DNA of 64,000 nt from Terrimicrobiaceae bacterium. Its GTDB lineage: Bacteria; Verrucomicrobiota; Verrucomicrobiia; Chthoniobacterales; Terrimicrobiaceae. The notes under the pieces were generated by a model. That model was not told where the DNA came from. It did not search any database and saw only the letters and a program-made list of their open reading frames with translations. The stretch lies in the NCBI GenBank assembly GCA_041752695.1, contig JBGSVZ010000046.1, forward strand, positions 13,083 to 77,082, in the 5' to 3' direction. Below are positions 27,915-37,904 of this stretch, one piece after another (within the stretch, counting starts at the first letter, position 1; each line of letters opens with the position of its first letter). The position numbers and the translations under genes are program-made.

Positions 27915-30080
27915 ATGTCCGGGGTCGTTTCCGCCTCTGTCCGCGTCGCCCTGCTCGGGAATCCGAACACGGGAAAATCCACGCTGTTTAATCGGCTCAC
28001 GGGCCTGCGGCAGCATATTGCCAACTACCCAGGTATCACGGTCGAGCGGAAAACCGGGGTAATGATCGTCGGTGCCGAGCGTCTGGACGTGATGGATCTT
28101 CCGGGGACCTACAGCCTGGCGGCCTCTTCGCCGGATGAACGGGTGGTGATGGACGCCCTGGCCGGTCGCGCCGGGGATCCCGCGCCGGACCTGATCGTCT
28201 GTGTAGTCGACGCAACCAACTTGAAGCGAAACCTCTTCCTGGTCTCGCAGTGCGCCGAACTTGGGCTTCCCATGGTGGTGGCGTTAAACCAGTGGGACGC
28301 CGCCACCCGGGGCGGGGTGCAAATCGATCATGCGCTGCTTTCCCAACGCCTCGGCGTGCCCGTTATTCCCACCGTCGCGCGCTCCGGCGGGGGCATCGAA
28401 AACCTCAAGGCCGCCATCCTTGAGGCCCGCCAACATCCCCAACCGGCCACGCGCATCCCCTGGCCGGAGTTTATCCACCACGCCCGGGAGAGAGTGCGCG
28501 GGGAGATCGAACGTCAGGGAACCTCGCTGAGTGACCCCGAAATTCTTCGCCTGCTCTTCGATGCCGACAGCACCTACGCGAAACTGCTGCCCGACCCCAC
28601 TGCAGCGGGGAAAGTTCTGCGGGAGGCGCGGGAAAGTTTCCGTCACCACGGACTCAACCCCGGCCCAGCGGAGGCGGTGCTGCACTATCGGCGGATCGAC
28701 GGACTGTTGGAAGGGGTGGTTTCCGGCGGAGGTTCCACCGCCCGCACGAGAGATTCGGTGGACGCCATTCTGCTTCACCGGGTGTGGGGCACACTGACGT
28801 TCCTGGGCGTGATGTACGTCGTATTTCAGAGCCTCTACGCCTGGGCCGGTCCGCTGATGGACCTGATCGAAATGGGCACCGCCTGGCTGCAGGAAACCGT
28901 CGCGCCCCTCCTGGCGGACACGCCCATGCTGCAGAGTCTGGTCACCGATGGCATCATTGCCGGCGTGGGTGGCGTGGTGATTTTTCTGCCCCAAATCCTC
29001 ATTCTTTTTTTCTGCCTCGCCCTGTTGGAAGACTCAGGATACCTGGCGCGGGCGGCTTTCCTCATGGACAAACTTTTCGGCTGGTGCGGGCTCAATGGCA
29101 AAAGCTTCGTGCCGCTGATTTCCGGCTACGCCTGCGCCATTCCTGGAGTGATGGCGGCGCGGACGCTGGAGGATCCGAAAGCACGGATCACGACGATTCT
29201 GATGACGCCGTTCATGAGTTGCTCCGCGCGGCTGCCGGTGTACGTGCTCCTGATCGGAGCCTTTATCGAACCTGCCTACGGGCCGGTCGCGGCGGGGTGG
29301 ACGCTCTTCCTCATGCATTTTGTGGGAGCCTTTGTCGCGCTGCCTTTTGCCTGGATCCTGAATCGGTGTTTTCTGCGCATTCGCGCCCAGCCGTTCATCC
29401 TGGAAATGCCCGACTACCGCGTGCCGGCCCTTCGCAACGTGCTCATCCGCATGTGGGAACGCGGCCGGGAATTTGTCATTCGCGCGGGCACGGTTATCCT
29501 GGCGTTTTCCGTGATCATCTGGGCGCTTTTGTATTTTCCGCGGCCGGAAAGCGTGGCGGAAAACGTTCGCGCCGCCTTCGTGGCGGAGAATCCCACGGCG
29601 GCGCTGGACGACCCGGCGGTTGCTCTCCAATTGGATCACCGCATTGAGGGCGCCTACATCGGACAGAGTTATCTCGGGCGGTTCGGGAAAGCGGTGCAGC
29701 CGGTTTTTGACCCCGCCGGCTTCGACTGGAAAATCACCGTCGGCGTGCTCTCCAGTTTTCCCGCCCGGGAGGTGATCATTGCCACCATGGGCATCATCTA
29801 CAACCTGGGCGCGGACGTGGATGAGGGCTCGGAAGACCTGCGTTCCATCCTGGCGCGGGAAAAATGGCAGAGCGGTCCGCGGGCCGGCCGGCCGGTTTAC
29901 ACCATTCCCGTTGTGCTGGCGCTGATGGTTTTTTTCGCCCTCTGCATGCAGTGCGGTGCCACCCTGGCGGTGGTGGCCAGGGAGCTTTCCTGGCGCTGGG
30001 CGGCGGGGCTCTTTGTCGTCATGACGGCCACCGCCTGGCTCGCCGCCGTGCTGGTCTATCAGGTGGGGAGCCTGTTCTGA
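27915..30080 (+). CDS. feoB: Ferrous iron transport protein B
   Basis: GNPNTGKST, NYPGITVE, DLPGTYSL, LEDSGYLAR, PFMSCSARLPVY. Confidence 0.96.
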   Translation: MSGVVSASVRVALLGNPNTGKSTLFNRLTGLRQHIANYPGITVERKTGVMIVGAERLDVMDLPGTYSLAASSPDERVVMDALAGRAGDPAPDLIVCVVDATNLKRNLFLVSQCAELGLPMVVALNQWDAATRGGVQIDHALLSQRLGVPVIPTVARSGGGIENLKAAILEARQHPQPATRIPWPEFIHHARERVRGEIERQGTSLSDPEILRLLFDADSTYAKLLPDPTAAGKVLREARESFRHHGLNPGPAEAVLHYRRIDGLLEGVVSGGGSTARTRDSVDAILLHRVWGTLTFLGVMYVVFQSLYAWAGPLMDLIEMGTAWLQETVAPLLADTPMLQSLVTDGIIAGVGGVVIFLPQILILFFCLALLEDSGYLARAAFLMDKLFGWCGLNGKSFVPLISGYACAIPGVMAARTLEDPKARITTILMTPFMSCSARLPVYVLLIGAFIEPAYGPVAAGWTLFLMHFVGAFVALPFAWILNRCFLRIRAQPFILEMPDYRVPALRNVLIRMWERGREFVIRAGTVILAFSVIIWALLYFPRPESVAENVRAAFVAENPTAALDDPAVALQLDHRIEGAYIGQSYLGRFGKAVQPVFDPAGFDWKITVGVLSSFPAREVIIATMGIIYNLGADVDEGSEDLRSILAREKWQSGPRAGRPVYTIPVVLALMVFFALCMQCGATLAVVARELSWRWAAGLFVVMTATAWLAAVLVYQVGSLF

Positions 30081-30086
30081 AGGGCC

Positions 30087-30236
30087 ATGGAAGAACTCAT
30101 CCTGGTCGGCTGCATCGGCGCGGCGGTGATTTTTCTCACCGTCCGCTACTGGAAAAAACTCCGTCGCCGAAGTTGCTCCGGAGGTGGCTGTGGATGCAGT
30201 CCCCGCCCAAAGCCGAAGGCCGAACCGCGCGCGTGA
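30087..30236 (+). CDS. FeoB-associated Cys-rich membrane peptide (49 aa)
   Basis: Manual translation MEELILVGCIGAAVIFLTVRYWKKLRRRSCSGGGCGCSPRPKPKAEPRA*, 6 bp after the feoB stop. Confidence 0.75.
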   Translation: MEELILVGCIGAAVIFLTVRYWKKLRRRSCSGGGCGCSPRPKPKAEPRA

Positions 30237-30279
30237 TCGTCCTCTGGCCAGGGAAGCGCCCGACCGGGGCGGGCTCTGT

Positions 30280-30306
30280 GGAACAGCCTAAAGGCTGGAC
30301 TCCAAC
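30280..30306. repeat. REP-like palindromic unit GGAACAGCCTAAAGGCTGGACTCCAAC
   Basis: 26/27 identical to 31306-31332. Confidence 0.75.
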
Positions 30307-30656
30307 TATTCCTCGATCTTCAACCGGGGAGCGTCGCTCCAGAGATTCTCCAGGCCGTAATAGTCGCGTTTCTCGGTGAGGAAGATGTGGATAATCACAC
30401 CCGGGTAATCGAGGACGATCCACTGGCTGCCGGGGAAGCCATCTTCGGACATCGGATGGCGGCCCAGCTTTTCCCGGGCCTGTTCGCGAATCGCACTGGC
30501 AATGGCTTTGAGTTGGGGTTCGGACGTGCCCGAGCAGATCACGAAAAAATCCGTGAAGGTCGAGATGCCCTGCATGTCGAGAACAACAACGTCCTCGGCT
30601 TTTTTGTCCGCGGCTGCGGCAGCGCAGGCGCGGGCGAGTTCTTCGCCTTCAGTCAT
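30306..30656 (-). CDS. rsfS: Ribosome silencing factor
   Basis: DKKAEDVVVLD, TDFFVICSG, WIVLDY...IHIF...RDYYGLE.LW. Confidence 0.93.
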   Translation of the reverse strand: MTEGEELARACAAAAADKKAEDVVVLDMQGISTFTDFFVICSGTSEPQLKAIASAIREQAREKLGRHPMSEDGFPGSQWIVLDYPGVIIHIFLTEKRDYYGLENLWSDAPRLKIEE

Positions 30657-31224
30657 TTTGATAAAGTTTCTGCATCGTGATCACCTGACAGGCAGGGTAG
30701 GGAACCATATATCGGACGGATTGGCCGCGGGCAATGCGATTGCGGATCTCCGTGGACGAAATCTCAATCCGGCGCGTAATCGTGGGGAACTCCGCCAGAA
30801 ACGGCATGCCCACCCGCGAAAGAATGACAAACTGCACTAGTTCGCGGAGGCGGGCGATATCCTTCCAGGTCTCAAGCTCGGGCAGGTTGTCGTCCCCGAT
30901 GAAATAATAGAGCTTCGCGCCGGGAAATTTTTCCCCGTAACTCCGCACGGTCTCGATGGTGAAGGACGGTCCCTCGCGGGTCACCTCACAATCATCCATA
31001 AAAAGCCCCACCTCGCCTTCAATGGAGGCCGCCACCATGGCGCAACGCGCTTCGGCGCTGGCCGGCGGGCGGTCAAGTTTGTGGGGGGAAATGCGGGCGG
31101 GAAGAAACACCACCCGATCCAGCTCCAGCCGTTCCATCGCATCTCGGGCCAGAATGATGTGGCCATTGTGGATCGGGTCGAAACTACCGCCATAAAGGCC
31201 GATTTTTGTGGGAGATGGGGACAT
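30649..31224 (-). CDS. nadD: Nicotinate-nucleotide adenylyltransferase
   Basis: GGSFDPIHNGH, SPHK, IGDD, ISSTEIR. Confidence 0.93.
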   Translation of the reverse strand: MSPSPTKIGLYGGSFDPIHNGHIILARDAMERLELDRVVFLPARISPHKLDRPPASAEARCAMVAASIEGEVGLFMDDCEVTREGPSFTIETVRSYGEKFPGAKLYYFIGDDNLPELETWKDIARLRELVQFVILSRVGMPFLAEFPTITRRIEISSTEIRNRIARGQSVRYMVPYPACQVITMQKLYQND

Positions 31225-31274
31225 GCCGCTCGCCCTGACGATTAGGCGAAGGGACGGCGGCGGTCAATTCCCCC

Positions 31275-31332
31275 GTTGGAGTTCACGCTTCAGCGTGTGC
31301 CTTTCGGAACGGCCTAAAGGCTGGACTCCAAC
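31275..31332. repeat. Inverted pair of REP-like units (REPIN-like)
   Basis: GTTGGAGTTCACGCTTCAGCGTG ... CGGCCTAAAGGCTGGACTCCAAC; each arm has an internal hairpin and the outer ends are complementary. Confidence 0.7.
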
Positions 31333-31388
31333 AGGCACCCCGGGGTTTTCGCTTTGATTCGGCAGGGAACCTGCAACTCTCGCCCTCG

Positions 31389-31991
31389 ATGTTCACCATC
31401 AAGAGGTTCCTCCTGCTCCTCGTCATTGCGGCACTGGCATATGCCTTCTGGCCGCGCCAGCCCAGCCTCGTCAGATACCAGTCCGCCCCAATGGCCAAGT
31501 TGCAGATGGAGGCCGCCAAACAGGCTGCCGGGAAAAACTGGTTCGCCTGCGGCGTGGCCAACTACCGCATTTTTGACCGTCAGTATCACTTCGCACCCCT
31601 CGCCGCGGTGAAGGCCTCGATCGAGCAAACGCGGGCCGTCGCCATGTTCCGCTCTGCCGCCGATTCCGCGGACAAAGAGGCCGCCGCCAAGCCACTCACC
31701 CAAGCCTACGCAGAAATGAAAAGCCAGACTGGCGGCGCCTTTGACCCCGCGGCCGCGGCCACCCAGCAAATCCGGGTGTGGACTCAGATCGAGGAAGGAA
31801 GTTCGGAAGAGGCCTCGAAAATTTTGTCCGAGCAGCTCGCCTCGATCTACGGTGGAATCTCCGCAAAATACCTTCCGGTCGCCCGGAATTTCGTGGCCGC
31901 CGCAGCTGCCGCGAAAACGTCCCATTGGGCCGCCGCCGAAACGAGCCAGCAAAAAGCCTGGACGGATCTTCAGACAGCCGTCGGGAAATAA
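31389..31991 (+). CDS. Hypothetical membrane-anchored/exported protein
   Basis: N-terminal TM/signal, Ala-rich helical body, coding-like codon usage. Confidence 0.6.
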   Translation: MFTIKRFLLLLVIAALAYAFWPRQPSLVRYQSAPMAKLQMEAAKQAAGKNWFACGVANYRIFDRQYHFAPLAAVKASIEQTRAVAMFRSAADSADKEAAAKPLTQAYAEMKSQTGGAFDPAAAATQQIRVWTQIEEGSSEEASKILSEQLASIYGGISAKYLPVARNFVAAAAAAKTSHWAAAETSQQKAWTDLQTAVGK

Positions 31992-32081
31992 TTTTTCACT
32001 CCTGGTCTCCGCGGCTCCCCGAAATCGCCGTGGGAATTTCTTTGCCCCCCGCGTGCGTCGCGTGCGACAAATCCCGGCTTC

Positions 32082-33398
32082 ATGCTCAACTGGATCTGGC
32101 TCGGACTTGTCGTGGCAGCGGTCACTCTTGGCGGTTTTACCGGCCAGCTTGATGCCGTGACGAAGGCGGCGTTCAAGTCATGCGAAACCGCCGTGGTGAC
32201 CATCGCGATTCCGTTTATCGGGTTGATTGCGCTGTGGCTCGGGGTCATGCGTCTGGCGGAAAAAGCGGGACTGGTGGAGATCCTGGCGCGGGCATTGCGG
32301 CCCCTGATGCGGCGGTTGTTTCCCGACGTTCCGCCGGAGCATCCCGCCATGGGATCGATGCTGATGAACATGGCGGCCAATATGCTCGGCCTGGGCAACG
32401 CGGCGACGCCCCTCGGACTGCGCGCGATGCAGGATTTGGAAACGCTCAATCCGCGGCCCGGCGTGGCGTCGAACGCGATGTGTACATTTCTGGCCATCAA
32501 TACGAGTTCCATCCAACTGGTCCCGGCGAGCACGGTCGCCTTCATGGCGGCGGCAGGAGCGACCAATCCCTCGGCCATCATCGGCACCGCCTTCCTGGCT
32601 ACCCTGTGTTCGACCGTCGTGGGCATCACAGCGGTGAAGTTTCTGGAAAAGTTGCCCGGCTATCGTCTGCCGCCCGTGCCAGAAGAGGAGCGGAAGTCGG
32701 CCATCGAAAACGCCGAGGAAACGCCGACCATCTCCTCGGCCCCGCCGCTGGCCGCCTGGGCTTATCCGGTGTTGGTGGTATTTTTTGGGCTGTTTGGGTG
32801 GTTTGCGATCACGGCCGTGACCCAGGCCGCTCCGGCCACTCCGGGAGGATACGTCACGGCGGTGGTGCAGGCGATTTCCCTGCTGGCGGTGCCATTTTTG
32901 CTCTCCTTCTTCCCGCTCTTTGCGGCGCTCAAACGCATTCCGGTCTATGAGGAATTTGTCGAAGGGGCCAAGGAGGGTTTTCACGTGGCCATCCGGATCA
33001 TTCCCTACCTCGTGGCGATTTTGGTCGCGGTGGGAATGTTCCGCGCGGCGGGCGGGATCGAAATGATTTCCCGGGCCATCGGACCGGCCCTGGCGGCGGT
33101 GGGATTTCCGGTGGAATTGCTGCCCCTGGTGCTGATGCGTCCGCTCAGCGGCGGCGGAGCCAGCGGACTGTTTAATGAGCTCATCCAGGTCGGCGGGCCC
33201 GCCGGGGGTCCGGATAGTCTGATCAGCAAGATGGCGGGATCCATCATGGGCAGCACGGAAACGACGTTTTATGTGATCGCCGTCTATTTCGGTTCGGTGG
33301 CCATCCGGCGCACGCGGCATGCGGTGCCCGCCGGCTTGCTGGCGGATGTTGCCGGGGTGATCGCCTCGATCGTCATCTGCCGACTGGTTTTTTCGTGA
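32082..33398 (+). CDS. SpmA-SpmB fusion (nucleoside recognition gate domain membrane protein)
   Basis: ANMLGLGNAATPLGLRAM, YEEFVEGAKEGF, RPLSGGG, GSTETTFYVIAVYFG. Confidence 0.88.
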   Translation: MLNWIWLGLVVAAVTLGGFTGQLDAVTKAAFKSCETAVVTIAIPFIGLIALWLGVMRLAEKAGLVEILARALRPLMRRLFPDVPPEHPAMGSMLMNMAANMLGLGNAATPLGLRAMQDLETLNPRPGVASNAMCTFLAINTSSIQLVPASTVAFMAAAGATNPSAIIGTAFLATLCSTVVGITAVKFLEKLPGYRLPPVPEEERKSAIENAEETPTISSAPPLAAWAYPVLVVFFGLFGWFAITAVTQAAPATPGGYVTAVVQAISLLAVPFLLSFFPLFAALKRIPVYEEFVEGAKEGFHVAIRIIPYLVAILVAVGMFRAAGGIEMISRAIGPALAAVGFPVELLPLVLMRPLSGGGASGLFNELIQVGGPAGGPDSLISKMAGSIMGSTETTFYVIAVYFGSVAIRRTRHAVPAGLLADVAGVIASIVICRLVFS

Positions 33399-34345
33399 TC
33401 GCACAGTTCGTTTTTCTCCTCCAAATCGTCGCGCCCATCTTTGTGGTGATGGCGGCGGGTTACGCCATGCGGAAAATCGGCATCCTCACCGCGGAGGCGG
33501 ATCGATCGCTCACGCGGGTGGTTGTGATGCTCCTGGCCCCCTGCCTTGCCTTCGACATCATCGTCGGCAACGAGTCGCTGGCCAATCCCCGGAACTGGCT
33601 GCTGCCACCCATCTTGGGGTTTGCCACGGTGGTGCTCGGCGTGATCGTTTCGCGGCTGGCGGCAAGGCTTTTTCGCATTCCCGAAGGCACCGTGCGCCGG
33701 ACTTTTGTTTATACCACATCGCTGCAAAATTACGGCTACATTCCGATTCCCCTCTGCGCCGCCTTGTTCGACCGGGAGACAGCCGGGGTGCTTTTTGCGC
33801 TGTTTCTCGGAGTGGAAATGGCCTTCTGGAGTATCGCGCTGTGGCAACTGACGGGACGCGCCGAAAAGGGGGGCTGGAAACGCATGATCAGTCCGCAGAT
33901 GGTTGCCATTCCCCTGGCCCTGCTCCTCAACGCCCTGGGCGGGGCCCTGTGGATTCCCGCGGCGGTCGATACGACCTTTCACCTGCTGGGAGTCTGCGCA
34001 GTCCCGATGGCGCTGTTGCTCAGCGGGGCGCTGATTGCCGACCACCTGAACGCCGAGTCGCTGCGGAACGGGACAAAAACCATCGCGGTCTCCACCCTTG
34101 TCCGCATTGGCGTAGTGCCGATCGTGATTTTGCTCTTCGCGAAATTTGCCCCAATCGACCAGGCGCTTCAAGCGGTGCTGGTCCTGCAAGCGGCCATGCC
34201 GGCGGCCATTTTTCCCATCGTCGTGACCAAGGCGCACGATGGGGATGTGCCCACTGCTCTCCAGGTTGTGATCGGGACCTCTCTGATCGGACTGGTGACC
34301 ATTCCGCTTTGGCTCGGGTTTGGCCTGCACTGGGTGCTGGGGTAG
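33395..34345 (+). CDS. AEC (auxin efflux carrier) family transporter
   Basis: NYGYIPIPL, AVPMALL..G, LQAAMPAA; about 10 TM helices. Confidence 0.85.
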   Translation: MIAQFVFLLQIVAPIFVVMAAGYAMRKIGILTAEADRSLTRVVVMLLAPCLAFDIIVGNESLANPRNWLLPPILGFATVVLGVIVSRLAARLFRIPEGTVRRTFVYTTSLQNYGYIPIPLCAALFDRETAGVLFALFLGVEMAFWSIALWQLTGRAEKGGWKRMISPQMVAIPLALLLNALGGALWIPAAVDTTFHLLGVCAVPMALLLSGALIADHLNAESLRNGTKTIAVSTLVRIGVVPIVILLFAKFAPIDQALQAVLVLQAAMPAAIFPIVVTKAHDGDVPTALQVVIGTSLIGLVTIPLWLGFGLHWVLG

Positions 34346-34439
34346 CCTCACAAAGGACGCCACCAGAAGTTGGATGCGCAACCCGGGCGGATCTGATATG
34401 TCCCAGCGGATGAATTGGATTTTCTCCGCGGGCCCCCGG

Positions 34440-35123
34440 ATGCCTGCCCTCAAAATGGCGCTCACCACCACCGCCCTCGCCGGCCTCCTGCTGGCGGGAG
34501 GCTGCGGCAAAGCTCCGGAGCCCGTCACGGAAGCCGCCCCCTCACCTTCTCCCACGCCCACCTCGACCAAACCCTCCCTGGTCGTTCAGCCGCCGACCAA
34601 TGCGCCTGCCACACCCCCGCCCGCCGCTCGCGTCGTTTACGTGGCGACGGCTTTCCAGGCGGTCAACAGCGATGGGACCCATGATTTTCCCGCCCGGGCC
34701 GCCGTGAACGTCGTGGCGGAGGAAGGGGAAGAATACGTCATCGAGTACCAAGGGATTTCCGTGCGGACGCCGAAGGCATTTTTCACCGAAACGCTCGTAG
34801 AGGAAGCCTCCCAGCCCGAGCCATCGCCCGTCGCCGCCGCGCCGACGCCGGACACGATTCCCCTTTCACCTGCGGCGGAAGTTCCCACCACGGCAACCGC
34901 AGAACCGCTTGCCACCCCCGATCCCGCCATGGCCACCGATGGAGCCAAAGCCACGGAACTGATTAACGAAATCAAAACTCTCAACGACGAAATTCGCACG
35001 GCCAGCGACAAGCTGGAGGTCGCCCCCGCGGCCGCAAAATCCGAGGACGCCGTCCGCCTTGAGAAGCTCAAAAAACGCCGCGATCGCTTGAGCGAAGACC
35101 TCACCGAAGTGGCGAAGCCGTAG
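34440..35123 (+). CDS. Hypothetical Pro/Ala/Thr-rich lipoprotein
   Basis: LLLAGGC lipobox, low-complexity linkers, C-terminal coiled coil; start uncertain. Confidence 0.6.
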   Translation: MPALKMALTTTALAGLLLAGGCGKAPEPVTEAAPSPSPTPTSTKPSLVVQPPTNAPATPPPAARVVYVATAFQAVNSDGTHDFPARAAVNVVAEEGEEYVIEYQGISVRTPKAFFTETLVEEASQPEPSPVAAAPTPDTIPLSPAAEVPTTATAEPLATPDPAMATDGAKATELINEIKTLNDEIRTASDKLEVAPAAAKSEDAVRLEKLKKRRDRLSEDLTEVAKP

Positions 35124-35138
35124 GAAAGTTGCCGGATT

Positions 35139-36893
35139 TCATTTCGCCTTCTGTTCCGCAATCCAGGCATCAACCCGTTCCTCCAGGACATCGAGCGGGA
35201 GCGCACCTTCGCTGAGAAGGAGATCGTGGAAAGCCCGTAGGGAAAAGGTGGACCCGAGCGTTTTCTCGGCACGGCGGCGAAGTTCGAGAATCTTGAGCTG
35301 TCCGATTTTGTACGAAAGCGCCTGACCGGGCCAGACCAAGTATCGGTCGACTTCGACCCCGATGTCGTGATCGCTTTTTGCGGTATGCTCGCGGAAATAA
35401 GCGACGGCCTGCTCCCGCGTCCATCCCATGGCGTGCAGCCCGGTATCCACCACAAGCCGCACCGCCCTCCACATTTCATAAGTCAGCCGGCCAAAATCCG
35501 CATACGGATCCTGATAAAATCCCATTTCGGTTCCGAGGAACTCCGCGTAGAGAGCCCACCCTTCGACGAAGGCGGTATAGGACCGCTCCCTGAGAAGCTC
35601 GTGTTTTTCGTTCATTTCCTGGGCCAGGGCAATCTGCAGGTGATGTCCTGGCACGGCTTCGTGCAGCGCGAGGGCCTCCATCTCCCACTTGGGCCGGGTG
35701 TCGAGTTTGGACGTGTTCGCCACGAAATACCCGGGCCGGGCCGCGAGGAAGGAACCGCCCTCGTAGTAGGCGGTCGGCTTGGAGAGGGCCACGTAGTCGG
35801 GCACGGCTTTCACGCCGTAGGGCAGGCGGGGCAGTTTGCCAAAAAAGCGCGGCAGGGCGGCGTCCGCCCGTTTCCCAATATCCCGATACCCGGCGAGAAG
35901 ATCCTCCGGTTTTTCGTAATAGAATCGCGGGTCGGAACGGAGAAAATTCCCAAACGCCGCGAGGTCCCCCTGGAAGCCGATCTTGTCCTTCAGGGTCTGC
36001 ATTTCCACGGTGATTCGGGCGACTTCGGTCACGCCGATTTCATGGATTTCCTGGGGCGTGAGTTTGGTCGTGGTCGAACCCCGCGCCGACAACGCATACC
36101 AGGCTTCGCCGTCGGGCAGGGCGGACATGCCGAGCGTTTCGCGGGCGCCGGGAATATAGGTCTCCTTCACAAAATCATGGAATTTTCTCAGCGCGGGCAG
36201 CACGGTTTCGCGCAGGGCCTGCACCGCCTTGTCCTGATAAACTCTCTTTTGATCTGGCGGAATTAGCGGCGTGTCTTTGCGGAAGGGAGCGAGGAGGGGA
36301 CTTTCCAACGAATCCACCGCGAGAAGATTTTCGATCTGACCCGGCACCGCGCCCAGCGTGACACGCGGGGGAGTCACCCCTTTTTCCAATCCGCGGCGCA
36401 GCAGGGCAATGTTCTGGTCGATCACCACCGGCGTGGCGTTGAGCCGGGCCAGGGCCGCGTCAAGATCCTCCGGCTTTTCCGCCGGCACCACGTCCATCAG
36501 TTGAGTGATGCCTTCATGCACCCCGCCGAGCTGACTGAGGGCGAGCAGTTCGCCGGGGAATGGCCGTCCTTCGGCGTCCAGCTCATAATCGCGCACCAGC
36601 AGGCGATGGTCGAGTTTCGGGCCCGGGCTGAGATCCGCGGCGTCAATGGCTTGGAGTTCCTTGAGAAAAACATCCGACTGCGCCTCGCGCTTTGCGATGG
36701 CCGCGGCGGAACTGTCCGTCCAGCGATCCAGCCCCTCGCGACGGCCGAGCGAGGTGGCCCACTCGGGATATTGCTCCATGTTCCACCCCCAGATGCGGTC
36801 GAGGATTTTTTGAAACTGCCGATCGGCCGGGGTTTCGGCGTGCAGGGACGATACCAGCGCAAAAAAAGAACAGAGGGTGAGGAGACGCAACAT
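35139..36893 (-). CDS. DUF885 family protein (putative exported metallopeptidase-like)
   Basis: Signal peptide; LALHEAVPGHHLQ, AFVEGWALYAE, RLVVDTGLH, PGQALSYKIG; start reassigned to ATG 36893. Confidence 0.88.
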   Translation of the reverse strand: MLRLLTLCSFFALVSSLHAETPADRQFQKILDRIWGWNMEQYPEWATSLGRREGLDRWTDSSAAAIAKREAQSDVFLKELQAIDAADLSPGPKLDHRLLVRDYELDAEGRPFPGELLALSQLGGVHEGITQLMDVVPAEKPEDLDAALARLNATPVVIDQNIALLRRGLEKGVTPPRVTLGAVPGQIENLLAVDSLESPLLAPFRKDTPLIPPDQKRVYQDKAVQALRETVLPALRKFHDFVKETYIPGARETLGMSALPDGEAWYALSARGSTTTKLTPQEIHEIGVTEVARITVEMQTLKDKIGFQGDLAAFGNFLRSDPRFYYEKPEDLLAGYRDIGKRADAALPRFFGKLPRLPYGVKAVPDYVALSKPTAYYEGGSFLAARPGYFVANTSKLDTRPKWEMEALALHEAVPGHHLQIALAQEMNEKHELLRERSYTAFVEGWALYAEFLGTEMGFYQDPYADFGRLTYEMWRAVRLVVDTGLHAMGWTREQAVAYFREHTAKSDHDIGVEVDRYLVWPGQALSYKIGQLKILELRRRAEKTLGSTFSLRAFHDLLLSEGALPLDVLEERVDAWIAEQKAK

Positions 36894-37019
36894 GCCCTGC
36901 CAAACTCGCATCAGGAGCTTTTCCCGCAAGTCCCGAGACAGCCCGGGGACCGCGGGCGGCGCCGTGCCTTCGGTGGATAGGCGTTGTTTCGGGCCGCCGA
37001 GGGCGTGTAGGCTGCGCGG

Positions 37020-37904
37020 GTGAAAGTTCTTTCCAAGACCGACTGGCAGGAGCGGCGCGACCGGCACGCCGCTCGTGTTGGGCCCTGGATTGAGCCGCGG
37101 CTGAGGCGGACTTCGCTCGGCGAACACCACCCGGTGGAGGACTTTCTTTTCGAATATTACGCCTACCGTCCCGGCCAACTCCTCCGCTGGCATCCCGGAC
37201 TCGGATTTGCCCTGGAGCACGGCGGCGAATACCTTACCCACAAAGGCTACGCAGAAACGGAGCACGGTGCAGCCGCCCTGCCATCGACCCTTCCGGACAG
37301 TCGGCGGGAGAGCATCCGCTGGCTGCGCATGATGCTCGAACGCACCGAGGCACGTCCTCCCGCGTTGAGCTGTTTCGGCCTGCACGAATGGGCCATGATT
37401 TATCGGGCGGACACCGTCCGGCACGAAAAATGGCCGCTTCGCCTCACGCCAGATACCATCGCCCGCGTGGTCGAGGAACACGGACCGCGTTGCACCCACT
37501 ACGATGCCCTGCGATTTTTCACGCCGACGGCCCGGCCCCTGAACAAATTCCAGCCCGGTCGGGACACCACCGCGGAGTTTGAACAACCCGGGTGCCTCCA
37601 CGCCAACATGGATCTCTATAAGTGGGCCTTCAAACTGTCCCCCTTCAGTTCCTCCGAACTGGTGGCCGATTGTTTTGCCCTGGCACGGGAAATCCGGGTG
37701 CTCGACATGCGGGCAAGTCCTTATGATTTTTCCGCCCTTGGCCTGGCTCCCGTGCGGATCGAAACGCCGGAAGGCCGCGCAGAGTACGAGACCGGCCAGC
37801 GGGAGTTCGCACGTCTCGCTGCGCCGCTGCGACGACGACTGGCCGATCTTTGCGGCAACATCCTTGCCGCCGCCCCCTTGCCCACGGAGACTGCTCCCGT
37901 ATGA
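37020..37904 (+). CDS. Conserved protein of the HPVEDFLFxYY / CFGLHEWAM family (often labelled '3-methyladenine DNA glycosylase'; function unverified)
   Basis: HPVEDFLFEYY, CFGLHEWAMIY, CTHYDALRFF, QPGCLHANMDLYKW, DMRASPYD. Confidence 0.7.
   Translation: MKVLSKTDWQERRDRHAARVGPWIEPRLRRTSLGEHHPVEDFLFEYYAYRPGQLLRWHPGLGFALEHGGEYLTHKGYAETEHGAAALPSTLPDSRRESIRWLRMMLERTEARPPALSCFGLHEWAMIYRADTVRHEKWPLRLTPDTIARVVEEHGPRCTHYDALRFFTPTARPLNKFQPGRDTTAEFEQPGCLHANMDLYKWAFKLSPFSSSELVADCFALAREIRVLDMRASPYDFSALGLAPVRIETPEGRAEYETGQREFARLAAPLRRRLADLCGNILAAAPLPTETAPV

Noticed and set aside
36894..37601. N-terminal extension of the DUF885 ORF (820 aa)
   Set aside because: Antisense to the 37020-37904 gene; the signal peptide begins at 36893
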